Below are positions 27,389 to 32,000 of a stretch of DNA of 32,000 nucleotides, piece by piece. Location: the NCBI RefSeq assembly GCF_042660085.1, contig NZ_JBHSTI010000008.1, positions 2,115,604 through 2,147,603 of the forward strand. Reading direction: 5' to 3'. The notes below the pieces were generated by a model. That model was given only the letters and a program-made list of their open reading frames with translations, searched no databases and had not been told where the DNA came from. Position 1 is the stretch's first letter. Each line of letters begins with the position of its first letter. The DNA comes from Longivirga aurantiaca. GTDB taxonomy: Bacteria > Actinomycetota > Actinomycetes > S36-B12 > CAIYMF01. The position numbers and the translations under genes were made by a program.

Positions 27389-27592
27389 GGGTAGCCAGTG
27401 TGCGCTCTGCGACGGAATCGCCGCTCAGCTAGGCAGTGCCTCCTTACCCGGGTAGCCAGCGTGCGCTCTGCGACGGAATCGCCGCTCAGCTAGGCAGTGC
27501 CTCCTTACCCGGGTAGCCAGCGTGCGCTCTGCGACGGAATCGCCGCTCAGCTAGGCAGTGCCTCCTTACCCGGGTAGCCAGCGTGCGCCCTG
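27389..27592. repeat. Tandem repeat (minisatellite): 61-bp unit x ~3.3 copies
   Basis: The unit is GGGTAGCCAGCGTGCGCTCTGCGACGGAATCGCCGCTCAGCTAGGCAGTGCCTCCTTACCC. Copies lie at 27389-27449 (one difference, T at 27399), 27450-27510 and 27511-27571 (these two identical), plus a partial copy at 27572-~27592 that abuts the uppS stop codon (27593-27595). The 1-nt drift per 60-nt sequence line confirms the 61-bp period. Confidence 0.95.
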
Positions 27593-28447
27593 TCAAGCCT
27601 CGGTCGAGCGCTCGGCGAAGAGCTCCTCGTTGGGGACCGCACCGCCGTAGCGGCGGTCGCGTCCGGCGTACTGCTCGCAGGCCCACCAGAGGTGTCGGCG
27701 GTCGAAGTCGGGCCACAGCGTCGGCACGAACACCATCTCGGCGTACGCCGACTGCCACAGCAGGAAGTTGCTCGTGCGCTGCTCCCCCGACGACCGCACG
27801 AAGAGGTCGACGTCGGGCATGTCCGGCTCGTCGAGGTAGCGACCGATCATGCGCTCGTCGACCTTGCCGGGGTCGATGCGGCCGGCGGCCACCTCGCGCG
27901 CGATCGCTTGTGCCGCATCGGCGATCTCGGCCCGGCCGCCGTAGTTGACGCACATGGTGAGGGTGAGGGTCGAGTTGCCGGCGGTCATCCGCTCGGCCTC
28001 CTCGAGCTCGTCCACGACCGACTTCCAGAGGCGCGGCCGCCGCCCGGCCCAGCGCACACGGACGCCGAGGTCGTGCATCTCGTCGCGCCGACGCCGGATC
28101 ACGTCGCGGTTGAAGCCCATGAGGAAGCGCACCTCGTCCGGCGACCGCTTCCAGTTCTCGGTGGAGAAGGCGTACGCCGAGATCCATCCGACGCCCAGCT
28201 CGACCGCGCCGTGGACGACGTCGAGCAGGCTCGCCTCCCCCGCCTCGTGCCCGGCGGTGCGCGGCAGCCCGCGGTCCTTGGCCCAGCGCCCGTTGCCGTC
28301 CATCACGATCGCGACGTGCTTCGGCACGAGGTCGGCCGGGATGTCCGGTGCGGTCGCGCCGCTCGGGTGCGGGCGCGGCGCCGACACGGGGGTGCTGCGC
28401 GGGGTCACGCGCTCGCTGTCGCGTCCACGGGTACGTCGTACGGCCAC
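27593..28447 (-). CDS. uppS: Isoprenyl transferase / undecaprenyl-diphosphate synthase (cis-prenyltransferase)
   Basis: Motifs: [59 protein letters not shown] start at 28447. 284 aa. Confidence 0.95.
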   Translation of the reverse strand: MAVRRTRGRDSERVTPRSTPVSAPRPHPSGATAPDIPADLVPKHVAIVMDGNGRWAKDRGLPRTAGHEAGEASLLDVVHGAVELGVGWISAYAFSTENWKRSPDEVRFLMGFNRDVIRRRRDEMHDLGVRVRWAGRRPRLWKSVVDELEEAERMTAGNSTLTLTMCVNYGGRAEIADAAQAIAREVAAGRIDPGKVDERMIGRYLDEPDMPDVDLFVRSSGEQRTSNFLLWQSAYAEMVFVPTLWPDFDRRHLWWACEQYAGRDRRYGGAVPNEELFAERSTEA

Positions 28448-28495
28448 GGGGCCATCGTGGCACCCGCGGCGGTCGAAGCAGGTGCGCGACCCGGA

Positions 28496-29362
28496 TCAGG
28501 CCGACGCGGCGACGCGCTCGCGGGTGTGGACGAGCAGCTCGTCCACTACGAGCTGCGGCGCGTGGGTGTGCGGGTGGTGGCTGGCCCCCTCGACGACGAC
28601 GAAGCGGCTGCCGGGCAGCAGGGCGTGCGCGTCGAGCCCGTGCTGCATCGGCAGCATCGGGTCGCGGTCGCCCCAGATGATGAGCACGCGGTGCGGATCG
28701 AGGCCCGACATCTTCGCGAGCGCCGAGACCCGCTGGCCGTCGGGGCCGACGACGCTGCGGACGGTCGAGAGGAACGCGGCGAGCCGTCGCGCGTCGCGCA
28801 TGTCCTCGAGCTTGGCGAGGGCCTTGGGGCTCAGGGCCTCGGGCTCGATGCCGCGAGCGCCCAGCTTCCTCGCCGCCCAGCGCGCCGTGCGCACCGAGCG
28901 CTCGCTGCTCGCGAGGCGCAGGACGAGCTCGGAGCCGGGCAGGCTGGCCGCACGCAGGCTCATGCCCACGTCGGTGCCGAGGCCGCCGCTGGAGATGAGG
29001 GTGAGCGTCTCGATGCGCGCCGGGAACTGGTAGGCGAGCTGCAGGCTCACTCCCCCGCCGAGCGAGTGCCCCACGAGGTGGACGCGCTCGTGGCCGAGGT
29101 GGTCGAGCAGGTCGCGGATGGCGCTGGCGTTCGCGCCGAGGCTGAAGTCGCCGTTGCCGACGTCGGAGCTGCCGTGGCCGAGCAGATCGACGGCGACCAC
29201 CGCGCGACCGGCGGCGGCGAGGCGCTGGGGGATGTCGCCCCAGGTGTCGATCGAGGAGCCGACCCCGTGCACGAGCAGGATCGGCAGGCCGCGGCCCGGG
29301 ATCTCGACGTACGCGATCTCGTGGCCGGGCAGTGCCGCGGTGCGGCGTCGGAGCGGGTTCAT
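28496..29362 (-). CDS. Alpha/beta hydrolase
   Basis: 288 aa. ATG 29362 is preceded by GGAGG (29371-29367). Motifs: LPILLVHGVGSS, the nucleophile elbow HLVGHSLGGGVS, IIWGDRDPM, and GASHHPH (catalytic His region). Confidence 0.85.
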   Translation of the reverse strand: MNPLRRRTAALPGHEIAYVEIPGRGLPILLVHGVGSSIDTWGDIPQRLAAAGRAVVAVDLLGHGSSDVGNGDFSLGANASAIRDLLDHLGHERVHLVGHSLGGGVSLQLAYQFPARIETLTLISSGGLGTDVGMSLRAASLPGSELVLRLASSERSVRTARWAARKLGARGIEPEALSPKALAKLEDMRDARRLAAFLSTVRSVVGPDGQRVSALAKMSGLDPHRVLIIWGDRDPMLPMQHGLDAHALLPGSRFVVVEGASHHPHTHAPQLVVDELLVHTRERVAASA

Positions 29363-29374
29363 GGGACCTCCGTC

Positions 29375-29429
29375 GTAACCTACGCTGCCGTAAGTATACC
29401 GATGAGTAACCTACGGTCAAGTAACCACG
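29375..29429. promoter_or_regulatory. Three direct copies of GTAACC(T)ACG interleaved with the promoter elements (candidate operator array)
   Basis: GTAACCTACG occurs at 29375-29384 (between the -10 and the SD) and at 29406-29415 (inside the -10/-35 spacer, touching the -35). GTAACC-ACG occurs at 29421-29429, immediately upstream of the -35. Confidence 0.4.
29393..29420 (-). promoter_or_regulatory. Near-consensus sigma-70-type promoter for the alpha/beta hydrolase gene
   Basis: On the minus strand: TTGACC (29420-29415), a 16-nt spacer, then TATACT (29398-29393). It sits in a locally AT-richer stretch about 30-58 nt upstream of the ATG. Confidence 0.5.
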
Positions 29430-29475
29430 AATCGTGCTCGAACAGTCCAGCCGACGGAGTCGGCGACCCCGCGGA

Positions 29476-30207
29476 TCAGGTGCGGTCGAGGAGGGGGAGG
29501 CTGCGCAGGCCTCGTTCGAGCTGCCAGGAGAGGTAGGCGGCCACGAGGGAGGACGCCTCGGTGCGGGCGCGGGGCGAGCTGGAGTCCGCCACCGACCAGT
29601 CCCCGGACAGCAGGGCGCCGAGCAGCGCGAACGTCTCCTCGGCCGGCGAGGCCGACCCGGGCTGGCGGTCGTCGCTGCAGAGCGCTCCCCCGGCCGCGAC
29701 GTGGAACGACCGGTGCGGGCCCGGGATGCCGCACTTCGCGCAGGCGTCGAAGCTGGGGGCCCACCCGGCCACGGCGAGCGAGCGCACGAGGTAGGCGTCG
29801 AGGATGAGGCCGGCGTCGTGGTCGCCCGAGACGAGCGCGCGCAGCCCGCCGACCAGCAGGAGGTACTGCTGCACCGCCGGCTCGCGCTCCTCGGCGGTCA
29901 TCCGCTCGGCCGTCTCGAGCATCACCTGGCCGGTGGTGTAGCGGGAGTAGTCCTGGACGAGCTGGGCGCCGTACGAGCCGATGGTCTCCACCTGGGTGAC
30001 GCCGTCGAGGCTGCGGCCCTCGTAGAACTGGACGTCGACGTGGCTGAACGGCTCGAGCCGGGCACCGATGCGCGAGGTGGTCTTGCGGACTCCCTTGGCG
30101 ACCGCGCGGATGCGGCCGTGGTCGCGCGTGAGCAGCGTGACGATGCGGTCGGCCTCCCCCAGCTTCTGGGCGCGCAGGACGACGCCTTCGTCGCGGTAGA
30201 GGCTCAC
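29476..30207 (-). CDS. recO: DNA repair protein RecO
   Basis: Track ORF 29476..30252. I prefer GTG 30207 ([42 protein letters not shown]), which has GGGAGA upstream. It has the OB-fold N-terminus and a CAKCG zinc-finger remnant. Confidence 0.93.
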   Translation of the reverse strand: MSLYRDEGVVLRAQKLGEADRIVTLLTRDHGRIRAVAKGVRKTTSRIGARLEPFSHVDVQFYEGRSLDGVTQVETIGSYGAQLVQDYSRYTTGQVMLETAERMTAEEREPAVQQYLLLVGGLRALVSGDHDAGLILDAYLVRSLAVAGWAPSFDACAKCGIPGPHRSFHVAAGGALCSDDRQPGSASPAEETFALLGALLSGDWSVADSSSPRARTEASSLVAAYLSWQLERGLRSLPLLDRT

Positions 30208-30321
30208 TGCGGCATTCTCTCCCGCGCCACCCGCTGCCACCTCGTGTGACACGGGTGCGGCGGACCCCGGAGCAGCCGGTGCCGGGGTAGCGTCGTCCGA
30301 CAGGACGAGCGAGGAGGCACG

Positions 30322-31569
30322 GTGGCCGACGACGACCTCACCGCCAGGATCGCCCGGCGCGGCGACCCCGAGGCGGTCCCGGTGCGCTTCGACAACAAGG
30401 CGCTGCGCCGCTCGGTCCTATCGGTGCTGCTCGTGTTCCTCGCCTTCACGGTCGCGGTGTGGCTCTTCGGCCAGCTGAGCCACTTCCTGCTGGTGCTGCT
30501 GCTCGCCTGGCTGCTCTCGATCGCGATGGAGCCCGGCGTCGCCTGGCTGTCGAACCACGGCTGGCGCCGAGGTGCCGCCACGGGACTCGTCCTGCTCACC
30601 ATCGTGCTCGTCACGCTGGGGTTCCTCGGACTGTTCGGCGGGCTGTTCTTCACCCAGCTCGCCGACCTCGTGCAGCAGCTGCCGGCGGTCGTCACCGACA
30701 TCATCGAGTGGCTCAACACCACGTTCGACCTGAAGCTCGACCCGAACAACGTGCTCGAGCTGCTGCAGATCTCGCCGTCCCAGATCACCTTGCTGGCCAC
30801 CAACCTCGCCGGAGGCGTGCTCGGGGTCTTCGGCCTGCTGTTCGGCACGCTGTTCGACGCGCTCACCATGCTGGTGTTCGCCTTCTACTTCTCCGCCGAC
30901 GGCCCGCGCCTGCGCCGCGCGGTCGGATCGTGGTTGCCGCTGGAGTCGCAGAGGGTGTTCGTCGCCGTCTGGGACATCGCCGTCACCAAGACCGGCGGCT
31001 TCGTGGTCTCCAAGGTCATCCTGGCCACGCTGTCGTCGCTCGCGCACTCGATCGCGTTCTTCGTGATCGGGGTGCCGTACTGGCTCCCGATGGGTGTGTT
31101 CGCCGGCGTCGTGAGCCAGTTCATCCCGACCATCGGCACCTACATCGGCATCATCGTGCCGGCCGCTTTCGCGGCGTTCGAGCAGCCGCTCGACGTCGTC
31201 TGGATCGTCGCCTTCGCGACGCTCTACCAGCAGCTCGAGAACTACGTCTTCACCCCGCGCGTGAGCCGCGTGACGATGGACATCCATCCCGCTCTGGCAC
31301 TGGGGTCGGTGTTCCTCGGAGTGGCGCTGTTCGGTCCCATCGGCGCGATCATCGGCATCCCGCTGGCAGCGGCGGCCCTCGCGGTGATGGACACGTACGG
31401 CAAGCGGCGCGAGCTCATCCCCGAGCTGCAGGTGCGCACGAAGGGCGAGAAGCCTGCCAGGCACGGCGACGCCTTCGCCGGCGACCCCGACGTCGTCACC
31501 CCTGCCGGGCTCCCGCTCTCGGACGCGCCTGCGGAGGCCGCAGCACCCGATCGGGTCAACGAGACCTGA
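30322..31569 (+). CDS. AI-2E family (PerM/UPF0118) transporter
   Basis: GTG 30322 is preceded by GAGGAGG. 415 aa with about 8 hydrophobic helices. Motifs: [53 protein letters not shown]. Confidence 0.88.
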   Translation: MADDDLTARIARRGDPEAVPVRFDNKALRRSVLSVLLVFLAFTVAVWLFGQLSHFLLVLLLAWLLSIAMEPGVAWLSNHGWRRGAATGLVLLTIVLVTLGFLGLFGGLFFTQLADLVQQLPAVVTDIIEWLNTTFDLKLDPNNVLELLQISPSQITLLATNLAGGVLGVFGLLFGTLFDALTMLVFAFYFSADGPRLRRAVGSWLPLESQRVFVAVWDIAVTKTGGFVVSKVILATLSSLAHSIAFFVIGVPYWLPMGVFAGVVSQFIPTIGTYIGIIVPAAFAAFEQPLDVVWIVAFATLYQQLENYVFTPRVSRVTMDIHPALALGSVFLGVALFGPIGAIIGIPLAAAALAVMDTYGKRRELIPELQVRTKGEKPARHGDAFAGDPDVVTPAGLPLSDAPAEAAAPDRVNET

Positions 31570-31708
31570 CCCGCGCGCCAGACCTGCTCACGGTCCGCTC
31601 AAGGCCCCGTGCGCACGTCTGACCGGTCACCGGACCTCGGTCACCCTGGGAGCGACGCGCACGAGCGCGCCCCGGCGCACCCGCCGGTCCCCAGACCCGG
31701 AGCCACCC

Positions 31709-32000
31709 GTGACCAGCACCGCGAGCGCATGGACCCGTGACGACGCCGCGTCGGACGCCGACGCGCGCCAGGAGATCCGCGACCTCGTGACCCGGCTCGC
31801 GGCCACGATCGGGTCCTGTCCCGACGACGACCGCCTCCTGCGCTCGGTCCTGCTCGACCTGCCGACCCGCCTCCAGGCGTCGGCCGCACTCCTGGCACGC
31901 GTCCGGAAGGACGGTGCGCTCGCCGTGGTCAGCCGCTTCGGCCGGGTCCACCTCGGCGAGGACGTGCTCGTGATCGGCGCCGACGAGGACTGCCCTGCCA
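31709..32000 (+). CDS. Hypothetical protein, 5' partial (runs off the window end); not in the ORF track
   Basis: GTG 31709 has GGAG 6 nt upstream. It translates to VTSTASAWTRDDAASDADARQEIRDLVTRLAATIGSCPDDDRLLRSVLLDLPTRLQASAALLARVRKDGALAVVSRFGRVHLGEDVLVIGADEDCPA. Third positions are almost all G/C. The overlapping minus-strand ORFs (31556..31951, 31641..31898) are Arg/Gly-rich shadows. Confidence 0.5.
   Translation, partial: MTSTASAWTRDDAASDADARQEIRDLVTRLAATIGSCPDDDRLLRSVLLDLPTRLQASAALLARVRKDGALAVVSRFGRVHLGEDVLVIGADEDCPA

Noticed and set aside
27389-27592. Tandem repeats considered as a CRISPR array
   Set aside because: The units are contiguous with no spacers, the 61-bp unit is too long for a CRISPR repeat, and there are no cas genes. 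Reported as a minisatellite instead.
27486-29420. 644-aa minus-strand ORF and 614-aa plus-strand ORF (27692..29536) across uppS and the hydrolase
   Set aside because: They are frame shadows of uppS and the alpha/beta hydrolase. One starts inside the tandem repeat and reads through intergenic promoter sequence.
31556-31951. Minus-strand ORFs 31556..31951 and 31641..31898
   Set aside because: They are Arg/Gly-rich, start inside the AI-2E transporter 3' end, and are antisense to a plus-strand frame with better codon bias and an SD-preceded GTG.

Overview
High-GC, densely coding actinobacterial chromosomal segment; the gene content looks Nocardioidaceae/Propionibacteriales-like, but I cannot verify taxonomy. 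The backbone is conserved housekeeping synteny. On the minus strand: tRNA-Asn, dnaG, dgt, a YdcF-like gene, ppdK, a dmpEFG-type hydratase/acetaldehyde dehydrogenase/aldolase operon, dus, glyQS, uppS and recO. On the plus strand: znuA-znuC-znuB-zur behind an AT-rich Zur-box palindrome. From memory, this order matches M. tuberculosis (dgt-dnaG; glyS...zur...uppS-recO) and S. coelicolor (znuACB-zur). Accessory-looking material sits between the backbone genes. (1) A PLP enzyme plus PGM1-like ATP-grasp ligase pair is wedged in opposite orientation between dnaG and dgt and closed by a 56-bp palindrome. (2) A block of IclR, GlcG-like protein, a single-chain tandem-duplicated TetR, and a FrnE/DsbA-like oxidoreductase whose CXXXXC tail sits in a separate overlapping frame. 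(3) VOC and GNAT genes. (4) An alpha/beta hydrolase inserted between recO and uppS, with a near-consensus promoter decorated by three copies of GTAACC(T)ACG. (5) A 313-bp zur/uppS convergent spacer holding a 60-nt hairpin and a 61-bp x 3.3 tandem repeat. The window opens with a decayed GGDEF-EAL gene. I see no recognisable phage, transposase, CRISPR-Cas, toxin-antitoxin or canonical defence genes. The candidates for something undescribed are the aminotransferase/ATP-grasp cassette, the fused double TetR, the split FrnE tail, the minisatellite, and the operator-like motif set at 29375-29429. All functional calls rest on motif recognition by eye; no database search was run. Many long ORFs in the supplied track are antisense or out-of-frame shadows typical of high-GC DNA and are not called.
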